Shown: in pieces, positions 1 to 10,749 of the stretch
How positions within the stretch are numbered: position 1 is the stretch's first letter
How the letters are laid out: every line of letters begins with the position of its first letter
Source: Paraspadella gotoi
Taxonomy: Eukaryota; Animalia; Chaetognatha
Assembly (NCBI GenBank): GCA_051294375.1
Contig: CM119267.1
Coordinates: 14,501,694 to 14,565,693 of the forward strand
Reading direction: 5' to 3'
Length of the DNA stretch: 64,000 bases
Made by a program: the position numbers and the translations under genes
Notes under the pieces: model-generated
The model's database searches: none
The model's input: the letters and a program-made list of their open reading frames with translations, nothing else
Told to the model about the DNA's origin: nothing

Positions 1-220
1 ATTGTTTCAATTTCGTTTTGATAATAATTTCGTTGGTATTATTTTTAGTACATTAAATTAAATAGTGTATTTAGTTTTATGATAAAATTATGATATTACG
101 CTTTATTAAATTTGCGTTATTTTCCTTAGGTTTGCAAAATTCTTAAAAATAAGTTTAAAAAAAAAAAAAAGTGGAATAAAACGTTTCTAACATTTCGAGA
201 ACCCATACATATCTTTTGCA

Positions 221-1645
221 ATGCTACGCGAAAACTTGTCATCTCATTTTTCAACAGATTTTGAAGGGTGGGCTCTTCACGTTAAAGATTCCGATGTTTA
301 TTATTTGGCTCATGTCAGCTTTAATCGGACTGGTAGTTTTTGCATCCTGGTAGATTGTGTCGTAACGCTAATTCCACAAAAATTAAATCCGGAAACCATT
401 TTGGTCGAAGCCATGTATGTTGATGAATTTCATGAACAGCATTTTCTAAAAAGTGAAACAATTAACTTGGCTAAAAATGAGTTTTCTCTATCGCTTTTGA
501 CACTGCTTAAAAATCTAGAAAAAAGGAATTTTCTAGTGGAAAATAAGAGTCACGACTTTGAAAAAAAAGCAATAAGTTGTGAGTCTGACGCAATTTCCAA
601 ACGGGTTCATTCCCATCATGATGTGATTGAAACGAAGTTTTCGATTTTAGAACATAAATCAAAAATATTCAAGGAAAAAAACCTTGTCATCAAGCAAGAG
701 CCACTCAGTCGTAAGGAGCAAGATAGTCCAGCACGGAAACGAATTTCCAGGTTCTCCAAAGAATATTTAGCTGAAGCTTTAAACGATTCCGGTTCAGAAA
801 AGGAAGACAAATCAGTTGTTTATAAAAATAAAAGGTTAAAGAAAATAAGGAAGTTGAAGGAGGACGACAAGCCTTTCACAATCCCCGGAAAGAAGATCTT
901 GTATAACGAACTATCTTGCAATGACACATTTATTGGTCCCTGTCGCCTATGTCGCTTAGAATTAACTGTTAAAGACGCTGTTGATCATCATCGATTGCAT
1001 CACGAGGATCAGGTCAGCGAACATTACAAGTGTCCAATATGCGGAAAGACTGCGATGGCCATGTCTTATCACGTCCGAAAATTTCACGCTTCTAAACTTG
1101 AAAAGTGTGACCTTTGCAACAAATCGTTTGTGACCAAAACGGGAATAGAAAAACATAGAAAACGAGTTCATTTCCCTGAGAACCTTGAATTTAAATGCGA
1201 AATTTGCTTAAAGAAGTATGTTACTAAAAAACATTTGGAAATTCACGTTAAACTAGTTCACAAACGAGTAAGGGATTATATGTGTTACATATGCGGCGCC
1301 GGTTACGTCACTCCATCAAAGTTAAAAAGACACTTCATTAATGTGCACCATCTTTTTGAAAAACAACACGAGTGTAGTTTTTGCGGAAAAAAATTTGCTG
1401 AAGAAGAGGGACTCCGGCGTCATTTGATGACGCATAGCGATATATGTGAATATGAATGTTCCACTTGTGGGAAAACCTTCAAAACTCCAGGCAACTTGAA
1501 GCAGCACAAAGTTTGTCATGATCCTCCAAAACATGTATGTCTGTATTGTGGAAAAAAGTTTCTTTATTCCCAAGGTATGAGATTTCATGTGAAGCATGTT
1601 CACAAAGATGTAATAATTACTGATCCAGGAAAGAAGAAATTGTAA
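221..1645 (+). CDS. C2H2 zinc-finger protein (about 8 tandem fingers in the C-terminal half)
   Basis: 474-aa single ORF with repeated CxxC...HxxxH units (CPICGK, CDLCNKSF, CEICLKKY, CYICGAGY, CSFCGKKF, CSTCGKTF, CLYCGKKF). The true start is uncertain. Confidence 0.9.
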   Translation: MLRENLSSHFSTDFEGWALHVKDSDVYYLAHVSFNRTGSFCILVDCVVTLIPQKLNPETILVEAMYVDEFHEQHFLKSETINLAKNEFSLSLLTLLKNLEKRNFLVENKSHDFEKKAISCESDAISKRVHSHHDVIETKFSILEHKSKIFKEKNLVIKQEPLSRKEQDSPARKRISRFSKEYLAEALNDSGSEKEDKSVVYKNKRLKKIRKLKEDDKPFTIPGKKILYNELSCNDTFIGPCRLCRLELTVKDAVDHHRLHHEDQVSEHYKCPICGKTAMAMSYHVRKFHASKLEKCDLCNKSFVTKTGIEKHRKRVHFPENLEFKCEICLKKYVTKKHLEIHVKLVHKRVRDYMCYICGAGYVTPSKLKRHFINVHHLFEKQHECSFCGKKFAEEEGLRRHLMTHSDICEYECSTCGKTFKTPGNLKQHKVCHDPPKHVCLYCGKKFLYSQGMRFHVKHVHKDVIITDPGKKKL

Positions 1646-1699
1646 CTAGAGATTGCCACTAGGATTGTGCTTGTTGCAACGGTTATTTAGGAGAAAAAC

Positions 1700-1830
1700 T
1701 CGATAATAACCTTTCGATTCGTTGTGTTATGAGATTAGCAAAGAGAATTTGTCATTTGAAGACATTTGAAGACTCGAAATCCAAAGGAGTTGAAACATGT
1801 CCAATTGATTATTAAAAACTTTGTTGTAAA
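1700..1830. mobile_element. Degenerate Penelope-like pLTR fragment with a decayed hammerhead motif
   Basis: 1702-1751 nearly matches 40065-40113. It is followed by TGAAGACTC...GAGTTGAAACATGTCC (1767-1802), which lacks an intact CTGATGA core. Confidence 0.55.
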
Positions 1831-2326
1831 ATTACTCGCGGAGCAACTTTTCGGTCGGCATGTCAGTCCGTCGGTCTGTCCCACTTACTTTAAAAACGCT
1901 TATCACTTGCTTATAGTTTGTTGCTCATTGTTAAAAATAAAATCTAAGCGACTAATTTTGTTTTTAAAGAAATCTGATAAACTATAAGGAATAAATGATA
2001 AGTAAAAAGAAAAGTAATGCGGCGCAACACCTTGGAATAACCGTTCCTTCTTCCCCTTTAAATTTCACTCTAACAACAAAAAGAAAGTTTAACTACAACA
2101 CTGTCATTGTACGATTTTATATATATATATATCCCTCGTTTTATGTGGTCGAAGATGTCATGTAAATCTCGCTAAGTATATAATTTTTGTTACACACTTT
2201 TTCACAATGCAAATATCCGATGTTTTATTTTTGTTATCATCAATATCCGGATGGCTAACTTTTTTCCTTTATTTTTTTCACGTTTTCATATTTCACATTT
2301 CGATTCATTCAGACGGTTGAAAAAAA

Positions 2327-4210
2327 ATGACAAGTTTTGGTTCCACTCAACCTTTTTCCTTCGGCACTTCTACCGCGGCGCCGTCTTCCGTTGCAGCCAC
2401 ACCGTTCCCTTCATTTGGAGGTGCCACTTCGGCTCCAACGCTTTTCGGTGGTGGAACAAACGTTGCCACTACAACTTCGGCACCTTCCTTGTTTGGTTCC
2501 ACGACGTCCGCCTCGACGATGTTTGGTGGCTCGACATCGACGGCTGCGACGGCGCCTACTCTCTTCGGATCCACGGCGGCAAGTTCGACCTCGTCGACTC
2601 TCTTTGGTGGCACGGCAAACAAACCCACCGGTGCCGCTGCGCCTTTTTCGTTTAGCGTTCCACAAACTACCGCTGCTTCTTCTATGTTCGGTCAACCATC
2701 CACTGGATTGTTCGGGACTTCTACCACAGGTATAATGTATTTAAATTTTATGCTACATTTTTCGGTTTCGACTCTATACGCATATTTGTTTCTACCTTAC
2801 TTTTCAGCTCAATCAAACACTTTCGGATTCGGCACCAATCAATCTAAGCCAAATTTTTCTTTTGGCGGAACGCCTGCAACTGTACCAATTTTGACGACAT
2901 TTGCCCAGCCACAGCAACAAATTTTGCCACAGCAGCAGCCGCAAATGACACTATCGCCATTGCAATTACTTTTGAAGATCCTCCACTCTCCCGGTCGATT
3001 TCCTGGTGACGAAAGAGACGCTATTATCGCCAAATGGAACCAGCTTCAAGCCCTGTGCGGAACTGGCAAAGCGATGTGGTCCCCGGATGGTCAACAAGAA
3101 TTGTACCAGGACCTGAAGCCAGATAACCCTTTCTCAAAATTTAAAGCAGTTGGTTACGCCTATTCACCTCTTTTGGCGAATCTTGACACGAAGGTCAAAG
3201 AGTCGGACGGACATTTGGTCTTTGTCCTGTCAAAAGAAGCTAAGGAGGTTCAGGCTCTAGGGCAGCAGATCGTCGATGGGCTTCACCTGATGCTTACCAA
3301 CAAGAATCCTCAGTTTGCTTGGGGTTTTTCGGACGTGGAGACTCTCCCACAGGGTACGACCAAGATGATCATATTTTGCCACCGTAAGGATCCTACGACC
3401 GGAGCCACCGCTCCGATTCCAGCAAAAGATCTTCAGAAAGAAATAGAAGCTAATCAGAATCTGACCAACGCCCTGAAGTCACAGCTAGGAGTCGTCAGCA
3501 TCTTTCCTAATGTGCCAACAACGAAAGACGGAATCAAGGAGCAGTTGGAGAATTACTTGAAGACGCCACCGGTCGGAATCGACTCTCTTCTTTGGGACCA
3601 GGCCAAGAAAGACAATCCGGATCCGTCGCAGCTCATCCCCGTGCCGCTGTTGGGCTTCGACACCCTTCACGGACGGTTGGTGCAACAAGAAGCCCAGTGC
3701 GGCGCTCATCAGTCGCGCCTCGACGCCATCGCCAACGACATTAACTCGTTAAAGAGCACCGAATCTTCGACGCAGTCAAAGATGGCGCAGCTGAAGCGAA
3801 ATCAACTAGAGATGGGGCATCGCTTGCTAAAGATTATGGTCAAACAGGAGATAAGTCGCAAGACCGGCATGGCCATCACCCTCGATGAGGAACAGCTTCG
3901 TACTCGACTTGAAGCGCTGCAGACGGAACTCAACTCGCCGACGCAGTTCAAAGGACGCCTCAACGAGCTTCTCAGCAATTTACGTATGCACGGTGGTGTC
4001 GGAGACGTCGGTAGCACCGCGAGTGGTTCTCGCCTTGGTCTCGGGGACCCTGTGGTAATGACGCAGGTCAAACAACTCATTGCGGAGCAACATTCCGGGA
4101 TCAAAGCGCTTCTGGCCATCGTGAAAGAAGATTTGAAGGACTTGAAGACGATGGAGGACGGCTGGTCGGCGGCAGCGGCTTCACCAGTTGTTATTCCGAA
4201 GACGCGATAG
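2327..4210 (+). CDS. NUP54: Nucleoporin Nup54; exons 2327-2729 and 2808-4210
   Basis: N-terminal FG repeats. Motifs GDERDAIIAKWNQLQALCGTGK, PPVGIDSLLWDQAKKDNPDPSQLIPVPLLGF and EEQLRTRLEALQTELNSPTQFKGRLNELLS. A 78-bp GT-AG intron (2730-2807) is read through in the ORF track. Confidence 0.95.
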   Translation: MTSFGSTQPFSFGTSTAAPSSVAATPFPSFGGATSAPTLFGGGTNVATTTSAPSLFGSTTSASTMFGGSTSTAATAPTLFGSTAASSTSSTLFGGTANKPTGAAAPFSFSVPQTTAASSMFGQPSTGLFGTSTTGIMYLNFMLHFSVSTLYAYLFLPYFSAQSNTFGFGTNQSKPNFSFGGTPATVPILTTFAQPQQQILPQQQPQMTLSPLQLLLKILHSPGRFPGDERDAIIAKWNQLQALCGTGKAMWSPDGQQELYQDLKPDNPFSKFKAVGYAYSPLLANLDTKVKESDGHLVFVLSKEAKEVQALGQQIVDGLHLMLTNKNPQFAWGFSDVETLPQGTTKMIIFCHRKDPTTGATAPIPAKDLQKEIEANQNLTNALKSQLGVVSIFPNVPTTKDGIKEQLENYLKTPPVGIDSLLWDQAKKDNPDPSQLIPVPLLGFDTLHGRLVQQEAQCGAHQSRLDAIANDINSLKSTESSTQSKMAQLKRNQLEMGHRLLKIMVKQEISRKTGMAITLDEEQLRTRLEALQTELNSPTQFKGRLNELLSNLRMHGGVGDVGSTASGSRLGLGDPVVMTQVKQLIAEQHSGIKALLAIVKEDLKDLKTMEDGWSAAAASPVVIPKTR

Positions 4211-4469
4211 TGAAAAAGATTCCTGTAGGCAAACTCAGTACTACTGAACTTCTATGATGAGGATTCGAATTTTAAAAAATTGTGTCAGAAAATTTTTGAT
4301 TATTAAAATATATTCATTATTCTCATTCGCCAAACTTTACTGATTCTTTGTTCTTTTTTTTTTAGGATTGTATTGTTTATATACTGATTCAAAAACTCGG
4401 AGGAATTCTTTTCTAGAATAAATTTTGTTTTTGACGCGCGTCGTCCGTCCATCCAGTGTAAAAAAAAAA

Positions 4470-7091
4470 ATGGAAGACCTCGTCTGCGCGCTAGACGACG
4501 GTCACGTTTTTGACGTCGAAGTAGCCCTAGACAACCACGTGGGCGTGCTGCCTAATCCTTTCCCGGGAATGGACAAATCCACTTCGGCCCTCTGCAATTT
4601 TCATCTGACTGGCTACTGCCAAAGAGAGTCGATGTGTCCCAATCGCCATATTAGGTATGTAGGTTTGATGAACTATCTACTATCAATTGTTTTTAGTGTT
4701 TATTCCATATTTGGAACTATAGTATGTACTTTGTAATATTCTCAGTAAATTTGTATCTAGCCGAGATTAAGGATCGCCTCTTCTTCATTGTGACCGTCGT
4801 CGTCGTCGTCACGCTTTTTTATCATCGCAAATTTTAAAAATTTCTCTCTATTTCTCTCATTTAATTATATGTCACGCTCTCTCTCTCTTTTTTTTTCCAT
4901 CGCTGTTTCTTCTGATTCATCTAAAAACAAGTTAAGCTCTGCAGCGGCTGTCCAGCTTTTTTCTTTTATTCTCTCTTTTTCTCTCTTGCTCATACACATA
5001 TGTTTTATTTACGATGAATGACTCATCGCATCAATGAACGATTATCATGGCATCAATGAACGACTATCATCGTATCAATGAATGATTATCATCGCATCAG
5101 TCATTTGGTTATCATCGTATAAATAAATGACTATCATCGCATCAATCATTTGGTTATCATCGCATCAATATTTAGTTATCATCGCTTCAATTTTTGGTTA
5201 TCATCGCTTCAATTTTTGGTTATCATCGCATCAATATTTGGTTATCATCGCATCAATAAATTATTATTATATCAATCAATAAATTATTATTATATCAATC
5301 AATAAATTATTATTATATCAATCAATTAATTACTATTATATCATCTCTTTCTCTCATACACGCATGTTTTATTTCTGATTAATGATTCATCGCGTCAATG
5401 AATGATTATCATCGCATCAATGAATGATTATCATCGCATCAATGAATGATTATCATCGCATCAATGAATGATTATCATCGCATTAATGAATAAATATCAT
5501 TGCATCAATGAATGATTATCATTGCATCAATGAATAATTATCATTGCATAAATGAATGATTATCATCGCATCAATGAATAATTATCATTGCATAAATGAA
5601 TGATTATCATCGCATCAATGAATAATTATCATCGCATCAATGAATGATTATCATCAATTTTATTATATCAATCAATTACTATTACATCAAGCAATCAATT
5701 ATTATTATTACATCAATCAATCAATTATTATTATATCAATCAATCATTATTATTACATCAATCAATCAATTATTATTACTTCAATCAATCAATAATTATT
5801 ATTTTAATTATTATTACTTTAACAATCAATCAATTACTATTACATCAATCAATTACTATTGCCTCTATTATCAATCAATTATTATATCAATAAATCGATT
5901 AATTATTATTACATCAATCAATTATTATTAAATAAATCAATTACTATTACATCAATCAATAAATTAATATTATATCAATCAATCAATTACTATTACATCA
6001 ATCAATCAATCAATTACTATTACATCAATATTTTATTATCGCATTAATCATTTATATTTTTTTTCGAATTTTTTCATTAATTTTCTTTGATAGTAACGTC
6101 TGGCGAGATCACTATACTTTTAAGATTTTTTAATTGTGATTTCATTTTACTCTTTTATCGTCATTCTGCGCTTCCACCTGTTATATTTATCGACTTCAGG
6201 GGTGACAGAACCGTGGTGTGCAAGCACTGGTTGCGAGGCCTCTGCAAAAAGGGCGACGACTGCGAATTTCTGCATGAATACGACATGTCGAAGATGCCGG
6301 AGTGTTATTTTTACCAAAAGTTTGGAACTTGCCTCAACAAGGAGTGTCCTTTTCAACATATAGACCCGTCATCCAAGATTCGAGACTGCCCTTGGTACGA
6401 CCGCGGTTTTTGCCGTCACGGACCCTCTTGCCGTCATCGTCACACGCGTCGTGTTCTATGCATTAATTATTTAGTTGGATTTTGCCCCGACGGTGAGTTT
6501 TTAAATTAGGAAAGAAAACACTTTTTATTAGTCATAATAAGAAAAAAACATTTTTCACCATTTATACTCAAGTATCACATCAATCTATAATTCGAATTTT
6601 GTGTCTTGCTTCTCTACTTGAAACCTAAAATCTCAATCTACCTTTTTTCATCAGGTCCCACCTGCAAATTCGCCCATCCATCTTTCGACCTTCCTCAGCC
6701 CGATCCAATACAGAAGCAGCAAAAGCAGAACATAGTGTGCCACGCATGCTTAGAACCGGGCCACAAAAGCTACCAATGCCCCAAAAACCCTCAGATCGGC
6801 GTGCCTTCCGGATTCCCCTCTTCGACGCCTTCGGTCCCCCGGGAAATGGACCAGAGCCAAGACACTGGATTCCAGGCCGGCGATGCCAATGACTCAGGAA
6901 ACTTTTTCGCCCGACTCAACGCTTCCAAAAGCGGACAAACGGGTTACCGACATATGGATCGTCCCATACGCGGAGCCGAACACATTACATGTTACAAGTG
7001 CGGCGAATTGGGACACTTCGCTAACAGATGCCCACGAGGAGCACACGGATTTCTTCATAGAGCCGATCACAAGCAAGGGGATCACCAATAG
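4470..7091 (+). CDS. CPSF4: Cleavage and polyadenylation specificity factor 4 (CPSF30/Clipper); exons 4470-4654, 6200-6492, 6655-7091
   Basis: PFPGMDKS, then five CCCH fingers (VVCKHWLRGLCKKGDDCEFLHEYDMSKMPECYF, CPWYDRGFCRHGP), then two CCHC knuckles. GT-AG junctions keep the frame. Confidence 0.95.
5020..5655. repeat. Minisatellite, about 20-22-bp unit ATCATCGCATCAATGAATGATT, in two blocks
   Basis: Directly visible tandem copies at 5020-5260 and 5385-5655. Confidence 0.9.
5656..6030. repeat. AT-rich minisatellite ATCAATCAATTATTATTA(T/C)
   Basis: Tandem copies. The same unit occurs at 5260-5340 and 45785-46000. Confidence 0.9.
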
Positions 7092-7326
7092 CTCGCTTCG
7101 TGAGAATCGTCTGCTTCAATTTGTGTTCCGAGTCTGGCGGACTTTCTCATTCACGATTTCTCATTCCCATTCCTTATATACTTTTATTTAGGTTACCAAG
7201 TTTTTAAAAAAATAAAATAGTTTACCCAGTTGCATTTTTCTCCTCTCTTGCGATGATTTTTTTTTTTTTTTTTTTTTTTTGTTTCGTTGTTGATATCCCG
7301 ATTCACCTTTTCCCTGGACCTCAAGA

Positions 7327-9607
7327 ATGACGAAGCGCAAAAAAGCGGAGAAAAGAAACGAGTTGAAACCCACGACGACCAAGGTGGTTAAGGAAAAAAA
7401 TGATTGTCCAAGGGAGAAAAAGCGCGGGAATTCCTCCTTAACGACCAAAAAGTCGGCGCCTTTGTGTAAACTGCGCACGGTTTGGCTCTTTTTTTGTGCC
7501 GTCAGAATAGTATGGACTTTGTACGGACAAACTGGATACATTCATCCGGACGAGTTTTTTCAGGCCCCGGAAGTGGTGGCTGGGGATGTTTTTTCTTTCC
7601 AGGTGAGTGTCAACTGTGAGTTTGCCTGTTCATTCTGATATCCCATGAATGTTTTTGCCATTAATCAGGTGACCAAGTCCTGGGAATTCACCAGCGAATC
7701 TCCGATTCGTTCCATGATCATGCCATTTCTGACCGTTGGCATACCGTTTTACGTACTCCGTGATCTCAGCGGGTTGTCATTACAGAACGGCGGTAAAAAT
7801 AATTAAATTACCTTATTTGGGAAACCTTTTTATTATTTTTTTTTCCCAGGTCCTAATCTTGTGACGTCAGCGTCGGTTTTATTTGCCTCCCGATTTTCAT
7901 TTTGTTTGATGTCGTTTCTTGTCGATTGGTTTTTGTGGAAGATCTCAATAGTGTCAAACCTTTCTTGCTACTCGGTATTGACGGCTTTCGGTTCCAGTTA
8001 CATCGCTTTAGGTATGTCTTGTCAAATTACGAAATGCAATAAATAAAAATCCCTCGAATAAAATTTACTAAATAGATTTAATTATTCCTTTGAATTCTTT
8101 TCCACTAAAGTATTTTATACGCGGAGTCTTTCAAACAGCTTGGAAGCAATTTTCTTCTCTGCGCTGTTGTATTTAGTCATCTCAACGAAGGTCGTCATTA
8201 AAAACGTCTCAAATTCGTCGCCCGCACAAAACGAAACAAAAAGGTTTGACGAGCCAATCGAAAAAAGCGCCTATCCCCCCATCAACTAAAATTGAAACTT
8301 TTTTTCTAGAACCTCGAAATTCCCTACGATCTCCGCCGAAGGCGCCGTCCCGATCTCGATCGTTACAGCGTTTGGTTTCTTTAACCGGCCAACGTTTCTC
8401 GCCTTCGCCTTCGTCCCGCTTCTTTACTGGCTTCTCAGATCCTGCTTTCCTCTTTGCCGGCAGTCTGCCCTCGTCCTGGTTTGGAGAGCGGCGTCGCTGG
8501 TTCCCGGCACACTCGTCGCTTCCGCCGTCTGCATCGCCTTCGACTCCGTCTACTACGGACGATTATCCTTAGAAGAGCTGGGCGAGGCATTGCAAAGACC
8601 GACATATCTCTCGGTTAGTAAAATTAAAACTTATACTTTAGTTTCTTTAATCTCATGGTTTAATTCCACAGATTGTTTTCGGTCGTCTCGTTGTAACTCC
8701 CATCAACTTCATCTCTTACAACCTCGACCCTACGAATCTTTCCTCCCACGGCCAACATCCCTTTTATACTCACCTATTTAACTCCTTTCTTCTCTACGGA
8801 GTGGTCGGCGTTCTCGTCGTCACATCACTCATTCACCGGCTGTACTTCAGCGTTAAATCTTCGTCGCCTCACTCGCAAACGGACCTTCTGACGGCCTCTT
8901 ATCTTTTCCCGCTCTTTGTTCTATCTCTCTTCGCTCATCAAGAGCCTCGCTTTCTCATTCCGCTCCTAGCTCCTCTTTGCCTTCTTCATTCGGACCTCGT
9001 TTTCGGCTCCCGTGCTTCGCGTTTATTGGCCGTTACCTGGTTTCTCTGGAGCGTCGCAGGGGCGCTGCTTTTCGGCGTGCTTCACCAGGGCGGTGTGGTT
9101 CCTTCTTTGGCCTCCTTATCTCGACTCACTCGCGAAGGACAGTTGCGATGCCCAGCCAGGGTAGTTTATTATAAGACTTATATGCCGCCGCGTCATCTTC
9201 TGGCGTTGCCGAGCGATGTCCCTAAACATGGCGAGGACGAAGATTGCACCCATCTGGAAGTGGTCGATTTAAAAGGCTGCGCTCCGGAGATTTTGATGGA
9301 CGAGATAAGGCGCTCAAGGGACGAAGACGTTGGGGAGTTAGTTCTGATTACCCCGACAGAAATAGCCCGTCGCGTATTGTGCGATAATCGCGTCGGTTTT
9401 CTCGTCTTGGACACGATCTTTCCTCATTTTTCGATGGAAACGCCTCCTGGATTCGATATTTTCTCTACAGAGGGAGAGTGGCGCGGCTGTTTCGCCGATG
9501 ACGATACGAACCTTGCTCAGTCGGTGTTTGATAAGTTTAAATTTTTTTTGTCTTTATCAGTTATAAAGATTGATAAATTTTCGTTAGATATGAATTTAAG
9601 TTCATAA
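7327..9607 (+). CDS. PIGZ: GPI mannosyltransferase 4 (PIG-Z/SMP3, GT22); exons 7327-7602, 7669-7792, 7850-8011, 8111-8243, 8310-8613, 8672-9607
   Basis: Motifs GYIHPDEFFQ, WEF...PIRS, TRSLSNSLE, TPINFISYNL...NLSSHGQHP, HQEPRFLIPL, HQGGVVP and YKTYMPP. Short GT-AG introns join them. Confidence 0.9.
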
Positions 9608-9682
9608 ATAGATTTTTTCTCTGTGATTGATGTGATATTTTTTACGTGATCTGTGTTTTTTCCTTTCCCTTTAGATTTAAGC

Positions 9683-10183
9683 ATGGAAAGGACGGCATTG
9701 AAGAGCATTAAAAATGTTACGGACACTGACAAATTTAAGCCATTCTGTGCCGATTGTAACGCGTCGTTTTCTTCCAAATCTTCTTTAAATCGACATAAAA
9801 AAGACATTCATGAAAACGAACCGAGATTTCCGTGCATTCTTTGCGACCATTCATTTAAGAGGAGTGAGCATTTGAAAAGTCATCTCCTCTCACACACCGG
9901 AGATAAACCCTTGATGTGCGAATTTTGTAGCAAGCGATTCGCCGACGCTTCACACCTCAAACGTCATCAACGGTCCCACAAAGAAGAAAAACCATTTTCT
10001 TGTCCTATCTGCGAAAAAGGCTTTGCTCACTCGAAAACTCAATTGAAAAATCATTTGATGACCCACACTGGCGAAAGGCCGTTTGTGTGTCGGAAATGTT
10101 GTAAAGGATTCATCACGAAAATTCAGTTGACAAGACATTTTAAAAAATGTTCGCCCATTTTATCGTCGCTGACACAATCCTAG
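9683..10183 (+). CDS. Small C2H2 zinc-finger protein (5 fingers)
   Basis: HTGDKP, HKEEKP and HTGERP linkers. The ATG at 9683 follows a CCCTTTAG acceptor ending at 9674. Confidence 0.9.
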   Translation: MERTALKSIKNVTDTDKFKPFCADCNASFSSKSSLNRHKKDIHENEPRFPCILCDHSFKRSEHLKSHLLSHTGDKPLMCEFCSKRFADASHLKRHQRSHKEEKPFSCPICEKGFAHSKTQLKNHLMTHTGERPFVCRKCCKGFITKIQLTRHFKKCSPILSSLTQS

Positions 10184-10749
10184 GTACGATTGGAACAATA
10201 ACTAGTTTTGCTTTTAAGCCATTTGTTTCCCTGAGATTCCTATCAACCAACAGAACCAACGGAAGAAGCCAAACTGCCCTTTTTTGGTTTCCGTCGGTTG
10301 AGACCACCGATCTCAAGGGGAAATTTGTGATAGTCGGGTTTCAATCCTTGAATAATTTCTATTTGTGGGATTCTGTCCCCTTTATTTTAACACATCTATA
10401 CTATGTTTGTATGTTTGATACACATTTTAGTTTAAATATCATCTGTCCCTTGTAAAAATCGACCGCGGCAGCTGAGGGGCCGCTGCAGTTTCGTAAAAAC
10501 AAAGGACCTTGCTCCAAGACACAAGCCTGAAAAGATCAATGGGCCAAGAGCAGAATAGACGCGACTAAGTTATCTCTTTCAAGTTTCTGGCTTGACTTTG
10601 CAAAAACAAAAACAAAAATCCAATTTTTTCTTTTGTGATATCAAAATCCACGTGCAGATCTCTCTAAAACTAAGTTTTTATATAAATTTTAATTAGTCTA
10701 TTTTTTTAAAATTACATGTATATTTTTTTTTCCTAGTTCAGAAATTGTT

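Larger units (their letters stand above)
4750..6130 (+). mobile_element. DINE/HINE-like non-autonomous element with internal minisatellites, in CPSF4 intron 1
   Basis: (GTC)n tract near the 5' end and central tandem arrays. The 3' end TTTCTTTGATAGTAAC.TCTGGCGAGATCACTATACTTT(T)AAGATTTT is shared with 46030-46080. The family assignment is inferred from structure. Confidence 0.55.

Noticed and set aside
2337-4119. Antisense and alternative-frame ORFs over NUP54 and other GC-rich exons
   Set aside because: Shadow ORFs expected from codon bias, with no recognisable domains.
5020-6030. CRISPR-like regular repeats and ORFs 5644-5931 and 5859-6047
   Set aside because: These are head-to-tail minisatellites with no unique spacers and no cas genes, inside a eukaryotic intron.
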